64,000 bases of DNA, from IMG/VR virus record IMGVR_UViG_3300009431_000004. The stretch is one strand, 5' to 3'. Source of the stretch: a virus. Of the stretch, positions 17,048 through 25,613 are shown in pieces. Below the pieces are notes generated by a model, which saw only the letters and a list, made by a program, of their open reading frames with translations, was not told the DNA's origin and did not search any database. Positions within the stretch are counted from its first letter, which is position 1, and every line of letters starts with the position of its first letter. Position numbers and translations under genes: made by a program.

Positions 17048-20000
17048 GTGAGTAACGCCTCCAAACGAGTCGCCCGACGCTATCTGGCCTCGAAGATGTC
17101 CGCGACCCCCGACCCCAAGCCGGTCGGCGCGGGCCGCCTCATCGACCTTGCCAATTTCGCTCTGGCCTTCAGAGCCTACGGCAACTGGCTGGTCGAAGCG
17201 GGCCAAGACGGGAGCAAGGACGCGCTCTACGGTGCCGGGTTCAAGTTGGGTCGCCGGTATATGGTCGAGCTGGTCAACGGCACGTCCCAGCACATCGCCC
17301 CACTGATGGACGACAGCAAGGCGGCAGCCGTCGCGCCCGCCATCCGAAAGTCACAGAGAGCAGGAAATCCGGTGGTCACGATGGGCCGCCACGCGGATAT
17401 GTTCCAGACGGTTCTCCCGTGGATGTTGACGAAGCAGGCCATCTTCCGGGGGATGTTCCAAGGGAAGGTGGCCAAGGCTGCCCGCATGGTCGCCAACGCG
17501 GCCCAAGAAGAGTCCTTCCCGGCGCTCCTGAACAAGTCCGCCAACATCATGCCGGTGTCCGGCCTGCGAATCCCCTCCCAGTGGATTACGAAGGCAGCCA
17601 AGGCCGCCGGGGCGGAGCTGACCAGCACCGAGCTGACGATGGTGGACGCGAAGCTGGCCAAGGCACTCGGAGAGGACCTCAAGTCCGCCGAGACGGACCT
17701 CGCCGTTGCCCAACCCAACACACCCGAAGCCGCCGCGCTGGAAGAAAGGCGGACCGAGATTCTGGCCCGTATCGAACAGATGGCGGAAGAATCCGACAGC
17801 CCGGATACCGTCCGAGCCGTCGCCGGGTCTGTCCAGCAGATGTCGGACCACGCCACCGAAACGGGCCGCCGTCTGGGTCACACCATTGACCAAGAGGCGG
17901 CGATGATAGCGCAGGGGAGGGCCATCATCGCTGCGGGCGCAGGCTCCGGCAAGACCCGCGTGCTGGCCTCGAAGGTCGCCTACCACATCAATGAGCTGGG
18001 GGTTGACCCCACGGCCATCCTCGCCACCACCTTCACCACGAAGGCCGCAGGCGAGCTGAAGAAGAGGGTGGCCGACTACGGGGCCGTCATCGAGGGTGTC
18101 GCGGACGACAACTTCGGGACCACCCACTCCATCGCTGGCAAGATGCTCAACCGCCGGGCAACCGCGTTCCGGCGTCCCAAGTACATCGGCAAGAAGGAGA
18201 TGTGGAAGCAGTCCCTCCTCATCCGGCTGGCCATGGAGCAGGTCCAGATGACCGGCGGCGGGGAGCATCTCGCACCCCAGCCCAAGGGTTTCTGGGAGGA
18301 CGCCTTCGTGCCGGACACCCCGCCGGGGCAGGATACCGACATGGCGGACTACCAAGCCGCCGTTGACGACGCCATCGGGTTCTATCGCTGGGCTTCCGAG
18401 AACTGGCAAAAGCCGTGGAGGAACCGGCCCGGCAACCAGAAAGCTGCCGACTGGGCTGGGCGTGTCGCCGCAGACCTCATGGCCATCCGCAGCACGCCGC
18501 CCAGCCAGCTCACTCCTCGGCAGAAAGACTGGCTCAACAAGAGTGTGTTCCCCAAGGTCAAGCGGGTCCAATACCGTGTCGCCGCCAAGAAGAAAGAGGA
18601 CGAGGCACCCCCGGAGCCGAAGCAGCAGAAGAAGAAGCTCGACGACTACACCTACTACAAGAGGCCCGCAGGGCAGTGGTTCAACCTCGGTCGCAAGCTC
18701 ACCCGAGAAATCGGGGAGGGTGCCGAGATGGGCATCCCGCTCGGGGAGTTCAAGAACGCCATCTCCATCCTCAAAGGCAAGGGCATCTCCCCGTCCGAAG
18801 CATGGACCGGACAGGACGGCCCCTACGGTGAAGCGTCTGACGCCGCAGCCGTCTACGCCGCCTACGAGTGGCTCAAAGGCAGCAACGGGGAGCCGGAGTT
18901 CCAGTCCACGGGCGACATGGATGACATCCTCATCGACACCGTGAAGGCACTGGTGGGAAGCCCGACCCTCCGTCGGCAGATGGAGGCCCAGTACAAAGTT
19001 CTGCTCATTGATGAAGCCCAAGACCTCAACCGTGTGCAGCATCTCCTGTTCGGCCTGATGGCGGGCTACCTCGACGCCGAGACGCTCGAACCCCACGCCG
19101 ACAAGCACATGAGCGCCGACACCTACTGCCTGATTGGCGACGATAAACAGGCGATTTACGAGTTTCGCGGCGCGGACCCCGGTGAATTTATTGACAAATC
19201 CAACCTCACCGAAGGCGGCGACAACTTCTCGACCAAGATTCTGGACCTGAACTTCCGGTCCGGCGAGGCCATCGTTCAGGGGGCCAACCGGCTCATCGCC
19301 CACAACTGCATCGAGGAGGCCACCCCCATTAACACCCCCCAAGGGGACCGAAAAGCCTCTGACCTCCAAATCGGGGATTCAATCCTGACCTACCGGAATG
19401 GTGAAGTTGTCACGGGACAGGTATCTGAGATACATGAGTCCCTATGGACTGAAGGGTTTTGTATACGCACCCACAAAGGTCATGAGATTGTCATGTCTCC
19501 GAACCATCGCCTGTGGGCATCCGAACCTCTAATCCCGGACAACATGGTTTCGGTATACCTGATGTACCGGGAGGATTTCGGGTATCGCATTGGGACCACT
19601 TCTTGCGGGGGGCGTGTTTCTCAAGGTTCTAATTATCCTCAGTCTTTAGGGGCTAGGGCTGCGATGGAACATGGAGAAAGAATGTGGATTATCGGGGTAT
19701 ACCCCACAGTAGATGAAGCACTCCATCAAGAAAGCATCCTATCCCTTCGGTACAGCATCCCTATGACGGTATTCCGCAACAGGGGGAGGACGCCTTCGGA
19801 TGACCGAATTGTTCGCATTTTTCAAGAGTTTGGGAGTAATGGATTACGCCTATTGGAAGAACGGCACCTGTCCCCTGAGTACCCCCATTGGGCTGCCCGT
19901 TCCCAACGCGGGCATGGCCGCAACCGGGAGGTGATTTCCTTCATCGCTCACGGCGCACGGGGGAGTCAGGTTTACCTCCGAGGAGTAGATGGGGATATTC

Positions 20001-21514
20001 ATACCCGGAAACAGTTTGCGGTCTACGAGGAAGCCCAACAATTTGTTTGGGGCCTAAGTCGGGGAACTGGACATACCATCATCGAGAAAATGCAAATCGA
20101 GGACGCCGAGTTGCACCTGATGACTGCTTCAGCCTTAATGGAAGGGATGATGATTCCGGTGTTAGATGAGGGTATGGTGACACTCCAACGTATCCAGTCT
20201 ATCCAAAGAACAAAAGGCACCTTCTTGGACTTAGGCATCGAAGGAACTTGCAATTTCTTTGGAGGGGGAATCCTGAGTCATAATTCCAAACAGGTGCCGA
20301 TGGTCTGCAAGGCCAACGTGGACCGCAACGGCACAGGGCAGCTCATCAGCCGTCCAGCGGAAGACTCCGCCGAGGCCGGTGTGCTGGTGGCCGAAGAAAT
20401 CGAGTCCATGATGGAGACGGCAGAGGACGATGCCTCGAAGTACATCGACTTCGGTGTCGCTGTCCGCTCGAACGCCGAGGCATACCACTACGGGTTGGAG
20501 ATGCTCAAGCGGGGCATCCCCTTCAAGTCCAACGCCCGGTTCTTCAGCGACCCGAACACCAAGGCGCTCATCGGCTGGCTCACCATCGCGGAGAACGGTA
20601 TCGACGGCCCTCCGGCCATGATGGAGCAGGCGGTCAAGGATGCCATGAAGGCTCCCTACAGCCGCCTCGGAAAGGCTCTCCTGAACACCTTGATGGAGGA
20701 CGCGGGCGGCACTCCGTGGACCAAGTACCTCGTGGACAACGCCTCCACCATCTACCGGCGCGACCCGTGGAAGGGATTTCTCGAACACTTCGCAGAGAAC
20801 ATCAAGGCTGCCTCGAAGCTCACCGGCACACCCCCGGACATTCTGGGGAAAATCATGCTGTTCAACGGGGTGGATGGAACCTCGATGCAGACCGGAATGA
20901 TTCGCAGTGTGGCCGAGAACGAGGACATCATGGCCGAGCTGGCCGCCGCCTCCGAGGGGGGCGTTGTCACACAGGAGCAGCTCGACGAAGCGGCCCTCGC
21001 GCCGGTCGAACCTCTCATCGGCCTCATGTCCGGCAAGGAGGAACTGGGGCCTGCGATGACCTTCGTCCGCAAGCTCCGGGCGGTCAACGACAAGGTGACT
21101 TCCAAGGACACCGAGGAGGAGCTGGACCGCGACGCCGTGACCATCGGGACCATGCACTCGTGGAAGGGCCTCGAATGCCCCAACGTCTACGCCCCCATGG
21201 TCGGCGGCAAGTTCCCCCGGACCGGGCCGGATGGTACGGCGCTGGAAAGCCCGGACCTGTGGTCCGAGCGTCGTCTTGCCTACGTGGCCATCACCCGCGC
21301 CGAGCAACGCTGCTGTGTCCTCGACATCCCCAACCCCAAGACCGGCCACCGGAGCCAGTTCCTCGCAGAAGCCTGTGTGCAACCGGAGGGGATGCCTGCC
21401 GACGGTGAGGGGAAGGTTCCGAAGACAGCCGCGTGGCAGCCTGCTCGGGATGAGATAGAGGAGCTGATGGACCTCGGCTACGCCATCGAACAGAAGCTCA
21501 CAGGAGGACAGTGA
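17048..21514 (+). CDS. UvrD/PcrA-like SF1 helicase with N-terminal extension, internal insert and intein
   Basis: AGAGSGKT, TTFTTKAA, GTTHS, LIDEAQD, IGDDKQAIYEFRGA, LNFRS, TMHSWKGLE, ERRLAYVAITRA. Confidence 0.95.
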   Translation: MSNASKRVARRYLASKMSATPDPKPVGAGRLIDLANFALAFRAYGNWLVEAGQDGSKDALYGAGFKLGRRYMVELVNGTSQHIAPLMDDSKAAAVAPAIRKSQRAGNPVVTMGRHADMFQTVLPWMLTKQAIFRGMFQGKVAKAARMVANAAQEESFPALLNKSANIMPVSGLRIPSQWITKAAKAAGAELTSTELTMVDAKLAKALGEDLKSAETDLAVAQPNTPEAAALEERRTEILARIEQMAEESDSPDTVRAVAGSVQQMSDHATETGRRLGHTIDQEAAMIAQGRAIIAAGAGSGKTRVLASKVAYHINELGVDPTAILATTFTTKAAGELKKRVADYGAVIEGVADDNFGTTHSIAGKMLNRRATAFRRPKYIGKKEMWKQSLLIRLAMEQVQMTGGGEHLAPQPKGFWEDAFVPDTPPGQDTDMADYQAAVDDAIGFYRWASENWQKPWRNRPGNQKAADWAGRVAADLMAIRSTPPSQLTPRQKDWLNKSVFPKVKRVQYRVAAKKKEDEAPPEPKQQKKKLDDYTYYKRPAGQWFNLGRKLTREIGEGAEMGIPLGEFKNAISILKGKGISPSEAWTGQDGPYGEASDAAAVYAAYEWLKGSNGEPEFQSTGDMDDILIDTVKALVGSPTLRRQMEAQYKVLLIDEAQDLNRVQHLLFGLMAGYLDAETLEPHADKHMSADTYCLIGDDKQAIYEFRGADPGEFIDKSNLTEGGDNFSTKILDLNFRSGEAIVQGANRLIAHNCIEEATPINTPQGDRKASDLQIGDSILTYRNGEVVTGQVSEIHESLWTEGFCIRTHKGHEIVMSPNHRLWASEPLIPDNMVSVYLMYREDFGYRIGTTSCGGRVSQGSNYPQSLGARAAMEHGERMWIIGVYPTVDEALHQESILSLRYSIPMTVFRNRGRTPSDDRIVRIFQEFGSNGLRLLEERHLSPEYPHWAARSQRGHGRNREVISFIAHGARGSQVYLRGVDGDIHTRKQFAVYEEAQQFVWGLSRGTGHTIIEKMQIEDAELHLMTASALMEGMMIPVLDEGMVTLQRIQSIQRTKGTFLDLGIEGTCNFFGGGILSHNSKQVPMVCKANVDRNGTGQLISRPAEDSAEAGVLVAEEIESMMETAEDDASKYIDFGVAVRSNAEAYHYGLEMLKRGIPFKSNARFFSDPNTKALIGWLTIAENGIDGPPAMMEQAVKDAMKAPYSRLGKALLNTLMEDAGGTPWTKYLVDNASTIYRRDPWKGFLEHFAENIKAASKLTGTPPDILGKIMLFNGVDGTSMQTGMIRSVAENEDIMAELAAASEGGVVTQEQLDEAALAPVEPLIGLMSGKEELGPAMTFVRKLRAVNDKVTSKDTEEELDRDAVTIGTMHSWKGLECPNVYAPMVGGKFPRTGPDGTALESPDLWSERRLAYVAITRAEQRCCVLDIPNPKTGHRSQFLAEACVQPEGMPADGEGKVPKTAAWQPARDEIEELMDLGYAIEQKLTGGQ
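19307..20284 (+). mobile_element. intein (326 aa) in the UvrD helicase, with a GIY-YIG-like central domain
   Basis: AHN|CIEEATPI start, block B MSPNHRL, FLDLGIEGTCNFFGGGILSHN|S end; AT-richer; no LAGLIDADG motif. Confidence 0.92.
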
Positions 21515-21515
21515 C

Positions 21516-23264
21516 ATGGCGAAACCCTTGAATCCCAAAGCCATAGCCGCTCTGATTGCCAAGATGGACAAGTTCGAGAGGAAGAACCCAAATGTCGAAT
21601 TCCCCCGAGCTGCGGGACTTCTTCAGTTGTTGAAAGACCTCGAAAAGGCGAAGAGTTCTCGGGCAGTCAAGAAAGTCACCGGGGACATCGACAACTACAT
21701 CAAGCGGGGCATCGGGTGGGGGGAACCCAATACCCCTTGGTACGCGGCGACTAGGGCCTTGTACGAATATGCAATGGCCCGGAGGAGAGCCACCTCCGAG
21801 GCTTACGACACGACCAATGTGGACGCGGCCATTGCCTATTTCAAGAAGTACCTGACGGGTTCCACTTTGAAAGAAGTGGTCAAGATATTGGAGGACATCA
21901 GGGGTCTTATGCTCGACCCATCGTCTTTGGGCCTCTACGAGGAAACAGAATTCAGCACCATGCGGGAGGAGATGTCTTGGCCTCTGCAACGCATCAGGAA
22001 GATACTGAAAAGAGAAGTGTACGGTTGGCTGATTGAAAGGGGTTCCAAGGGCCATGCCATCTTTGAAGGGGTCAAGAAACTCAAGAAAATCAAGAAGAAA
22101 TCCCACATGGCCAACCCCGTTGAATGGATGACCTACCGGACCTACCTACGGGACCACCCGCAGGCCGTCAGGGAAGCCCGTCGCCTGCTCACCGAGAGGT
22201 ACGGGGAAGCCTTCGCAGACGCACTGATGGAGTTCATCCGCACCCACAGAGAGGTCCCCTCCGAGGACACCTTCGCAGACCCGCTGTTTCAGGTCCGGCC
22301 CGAGATATTCTCGCAGGCATGGGCCGAACGGCGCGACCTCAAAGGACGGCCCATCGGGGACCGGGTGGACGTGACGACCGACGCGGTGAGCGACCTCTGG
22401 GCGCAGCTCGACACGACCCTCAACCGGGACGGGTGGGACGCCGAACTGGACCGGATGGACGAGACGGACATGCTGTGGAAGTTCGCCGCCCCCGACTCAT
22501 TCGTCGAAATCACCCGCGAGGACTTGGAGGCATGGCTGAACACGCTGCCCCTGAAGGGGAAGTGGAAGCTCAAGACGGGCCGCGTCAGCATCTACCTCCT
22601 GCCCATCAGCAAGTCGGTCGGTATCTCCTTGTCCTCGACCATCGGCTCGAAGGACACCGGCATGGGCCGTGGCAAAGCCAGCATGAATCTGGCCCTCGTC
22701 TCCCTCATCACCGGCAAGGTTCTGAACAAGAAGGCGATGGGCCAGTCCTACTTCAAGCGGACGACGAACTGGAAGAAGACGTGGAAGATCGGGTTCGACC
22801 GGATGGTAGCCGCCTACAAGAAGTCGCAGGGGTTCTACGACGCACTGGCCGAAATTGACGACCGGGACAAGTACAGGGAGGACATCCTTGACAGAATCGT
22901 GGCCTTCGAGGGCTGGGAGTCTGACAACACTCTGTCCGACTTCTATTCACGGGTGCAACGGGGCGGCGTCCTGACCATGAAGCAGTTGGCCCTGCTGGAA
23001 AGCACCCTCAAGCACGACGCCAAGTCCTCCCCGGCCAAGCCTGTTATCGACCAGAAGATGGTTGAGCGACTTCGGTTGCTGTGGACCGTGGCCAAGAAGA
23101 AGGGCGACCCGTGGTTGATGGACTTCGCACAGAGTATCGGGGAGCGTCTCAAGAAAGGGTTGGAACTCAGCTCGAAGCAGGAAGCCGCCCTCGAACGAAA
23201 CCTACGCCAGCACCGGGTCGGGGCCGACGAGCTTCGGGCCATCATTCATGCTGCTGCCGAATGA
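21516..23264 (+). CDS. multi-domain hypothetical protein
   Basis: 582 aa, GGAGG RBS directly after the helicase gene; apparent segments joined by basic linkers. Confidence 0.8.
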   Translation: MAKPLNPKAIAALIAKMDKFERKNPNVEFPRAAGLLQLLKDLEKAKSSRAVKKVTGDIDNYIKRGIGWGEPNTPWYAATRALYEYAMARRRATSEAYDTTNVDAAIAYFKKYLTGSTLKEVVKILEDIRGLMLDPSSLGLYEETEFSTMREEMSWPLQRIRKILKREVYGWLIERGSKGHAIFEGVKKLKKIKKKSHMANPVEWMTYRTYLRDHPQAVREARRLLTERYGEAFADALMEFIRTHREVPSEDTFADPLFQVRPEIFSQAWAERRDLKGRPIGDRVDVTTDAVSDLWAQLDTTLNRDGWDAELDRMDETDMLWKFAAPDSFVEITREDLEAWLNTLPLKGKWKLKTGRVSIYLLPISKSVGISLSSTIGSKDTGMGRGKASMNLALVSLITGKVLNKKAMGQSYFKRTTNWKKTWKIGFDRMVAAYKKSQGFYDALAEIDDRDKYREDILDRIVAFEGWESDNTLSDFYSRVQRGGVLTMKQLALLESTLKHDAKSSPAKPVIDQKMVERLRLLWTVAKKKGDPWLMDFAQSIGERLKKGLELSSKQEAALERNLRQHRVGADELRAIIHAAAE

Positions 23265-23896
23265 CCCCCTGACGGGCGTTTCACGGCCTTCCGGGTCTTC
23301 GGCTTCCCGTTGCTCTTGCCGTTCCCTTTGGATGCCTTCTTGGGGGTGTCTCCGCTCATCGTGGCCGCAGCCTTGAGTTCTGCCACCCTCGCTTTCCGGG
23401 CTGCGGCCATCTGGGCCTTCCGCAGCTTGTCCTGCTTCGCCTTGTAGGCGATGGCCTTCTTCCTGCGACGTTCCTCGTCGGCGGCCTTGAGCGCGGCCAG
23501 TTTCTCCTGCTGTGCCTTCTTCTTCGCGCTGACCTCCGCAGCCTTCTGGTTCTCTTCCGCCAACCGCTTCTCCATCGCCTTGTTGTCGATGGGGCGCAGG
23601 ACTTGAGTGATGCGGTCGAAGGTGACGACCACGGAGGGGTTCATCACATGGTTGCCGTACTTGCTGACGACCGTCTTAATCTTCCCGGCTGGCACAGCGG
23701 CGTTCTGGACATAGGCCGAAGCCTGTGCGCCGTTGCCGTCCCAATAGGAAACCACGTCCCCGACCTGCACATCGTTGATGTCGCCTTGGGCCGGGACTGC
23801 GTTCTTGGCTCTGGGGTCGCGGAAACCTTGCCGGTAGACAACGAGGTACTTGCCCTCCTGCTGCATTTCCGGCTTGCTGGCTGCTTTTTTCTTCAT
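23246..23896 (-). CDS. Lys/Ala-rich basic protein (histone-H1-like tail)
   Basis: start revised to MKKKAASK; long KA-rich helical/disordered C-terminus. Confidence 0.7.
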   Translation of the reverse strand: MKKKAASKPEMQQEGKYLVVYRQGFRDPRAKNAVPAQGDINDVQVGDVVSYWDGNGAQASAYVQNAAVPAGKIKTVVSKYGNHVMNPSVVVTFDRITQVLRPIDNKAMEKRLAEENQKAAEVSAKKKAQQEKLAALKAADEERRRKKAIAYKAKQDKLRKAQMAAARKARVAELKAAATMSGDTPKKASKGNGKSNGKPKTRKAVKRPSGGHSAAA

Positions 23897-23933
23897 GTCA
23901 CTACTACCCCAATCGTATCGAAGCTCTACCCAC

Positions 23934-24566
23934 CTACACGCCCTGCGGAAGCAGGTCGATGATTTGCACGCCATGTTCACGGGAGAATTCGATGCCGCCC
24001 ACGGAGTCGAAGTCGAACAGCTTGTCGCCGTTGGCGTCCTGCGCCTCGTACCCCTGCACGGTCGTCCCGTGCCGGTTCATCTTGAGCGCGTGGACCAGCG
24101 ACCACGGCTCGCCCAACGCGACCTGTGCCGCCGTGGGCGTGAAAGCCACCGGCTGACCCTTCACGGTTGCCGGTGCCGGGGGCGGAGCCGCCACGACCGC
24201 TGCCGGAGCAGGAGCCGGGCCGGTTCCCGTGGCTACCGCCGAGGCGACGGCCCCGCCGAGCTTCGCAATGCTCTTGGGGGACATGCGCCGGTAGGGGGCA
24301 TCCACGTAGCCGTAGCCCTTGTTCAGCTTCTCTTCCACCTTGTCACGGAGCTTGGACCACGTAATCAACGTGGTCTGGGCGCTCGAACCAACGGCTCCCC
24401 AACCGACCTCGACCATCTCGTCATGGGCGCGTCCGGTGGCGAACCAAAACTTCTCCGACCATCCCCCGGCGTTCGCAGAGTTCGGGCCTCGGAATTCCAG
24501 CCTGAAGGACCACGGGCGTTTCCGCGTCGCCAGCCCTTCGGCATCGGTGATTGTCAAACTGGCCAT
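23934..24566 (-). CDS. WGR-domain protein
   Basis: start MASLTI; SEKFW..VEVGWGAVG..EEKLNKGY is the WGR pattern; Pro/Ala linker to a second small domain. Confidence 0.75.
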   Translation of the reverse strand: MASLTITDAEGLATRKRPWSFRLEFRGPNSANAGGWSEKFWFATGRAHDEMVEVGWGAVGSSAQTTLITWSKLRDKVEEKLNKGYGYVDAPYRRMSPKSIAKLGGAVASAVATGTGPAPAPAAVVAAPPPAPATVKGQPVAFTPTAAQVALGEPWSLVHALKMNRHGTTVQGYEAQDANGDKLFDFDSVGGIEFSREHGVQIIDLLPQGV

Positions 24567-24592
24567 CGTCAAAAACCTCTCTCGCCTCAAGC

Positions 24593-24624
24593 ACTCAACT
24601 CGCCAGTTTCGGCTCTAAGCCCCC
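24593..24624 (-). promoter_or_regulatory. 32-bp conserved upstream element, copy 1 (putative early promoter)
   Basis: reverse complement reads GGGGGCTTAGAGCCGAAACTGGCGAGTTGAGT, identical to 37628-37659. Confidence 0.75.
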
Positions 24625-24653
24625 CGATTGTAGTTTATTTTTCTTTTATGAAA

Positions 24654-24686
24654 GGGGGCTTAGAGTCGCGTGACGCGAGTGGGGTA
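24654..24686 (+). promoter_or_regulatory. conserved upstream element, divergent copy 2
   Basis: GGGGGCTTAGAGTCG-N6-GCGAGTGGGGTA, same spacing as copy 1, back to back with it across an AT-rich spacer. Confidence 0.7.
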
Positions 24687-24709
24687 CGTAGGAAGATGAG
24701 GTGATGACG

Positions 24710-25091
24710 ATGTTGCCGTTTCCTCGGGGTCGTCTTCGGGATTCTCATGTCCGGCTTCACGGAGTTCCCGTGGAGGTCGGTCGTCGTGGGCGGAGCTGCC
24801 GGTCTTTTCTTGGCCGCCATGGACATCATCCAACCCTACGTCCGCGAACGGACATGGGACATCACGAGGTTCTCCACCCTGCTCCTGAGCTGGGCGTTGA
24901 TAATGGCCATCGAGTTCGTCCCCGCCGTTCGGAGCGCCGTCCCGTGGATGGACGAAACGCCTGCCTTCCACATCAAACACCCCGTTTGGGGGACGCCCCT
25001 GATGCTCGTCGGCATGGCTCTGGTATTGGCCATCATCATCTACTTGCTGGTGGGGGCCATCAGGAGGAAGGACTATGACGACTCACGTTGA
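24710..25091 (+). CDS. multi-pass membrane protein (in-frame ATG at 24747; probable true start at 24710 with a 1-nt frameshift)
   Basis: three hydrophobic segments; FLGVVFGIL continues in frame upstream of 24747; GAGGTG RBS precedes the ATG at 24710. Confidence 0.65.
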
Positions 25092-25203
25092 CCACGCTGC
25101 CATCGCGCAGGTCACGGCGACCAACTGCTGTGTCTGCCGGGCGCACCTGACCGACGCCGAGTCCGTGGAGCATGGTATCGGAGGGAGGGTTCGATGCCTG
25201 TAA
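25075..25203 (+). pseudogene. orphaned original 5' end of the DUF6011-like gene, truncated by insertion
   Basis: AGGAGG RBS; MTTHVDHAAIAQVTATNCCVCRAHLTDAESVEHGIG then unrelated sequence; 20 of 23 aa identical to the N-terminus of the gene at 27118. Confidence 0.88.
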
Positions 25204-25415
25204 TCTTATTGCCCGTGGTCATTGTGGCTACATCGGTTTGGGTATGGGCGGATGCCCGCGCCCTTGGTGTTCCCAAATTGTACGACCGAGGACAAGTTCA
25301 GCTTGCCCCTTTCGAGTGGTTTGTTCTTTGCCTACTGTTCTGGCCCATCACATTCCCGGTCTATCTTGCAAGAAGACGTAGCTTCAGGGAATTGCGGAAA
25401 TCTGAAGAAAGTTGA
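25194..25415 (+). CDS. small two-helix membrane protein
   Basis: GGAGG RBS; IWVWADA-like motif (SVWVWADA) and WFVLCLLFWPITFPVYLARR. Confidence 0.75.
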   Translation: MPVILLPVVIVATSVWVWADARALGVPKLYDRGQVQLAPFEWFVLCLLFWPITFPVYLARRRSFRELRKSEES

Positions 25416-25446
25416 CCACGGCATCGGACCCTGATACCATCCAACC

Positions 25447-25578
25447 ATGAGTATCGACCTCGACAACATTCGGTGTCGGGACTGCGGACGACGAGTTAAG
25501 AATCCGGGTTACAGAATCACGTATAAGGATTTGGCAAACCGGCTCTGCCCTGAATGTAAAGCAACAAATAACGACTAA
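25447..25578 (+). CDS. 43-aa zinc-ribbon microprotein (not in the ORF track)
   Basis: MSIDLDNIRCRDCGRRVKNPGYRITYKDLANRLCPECKATNND; two CxxC motifs. Confidence 0.6.
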   Translation: MSIDLDNIRCRDCGRRVKNPGYRITYKDLANRLCPECKATNND

Positions 25579-25613
25579 AGTTAACCCGCTGGCCAACGCC
25601 CGAAGTGAGGAGC

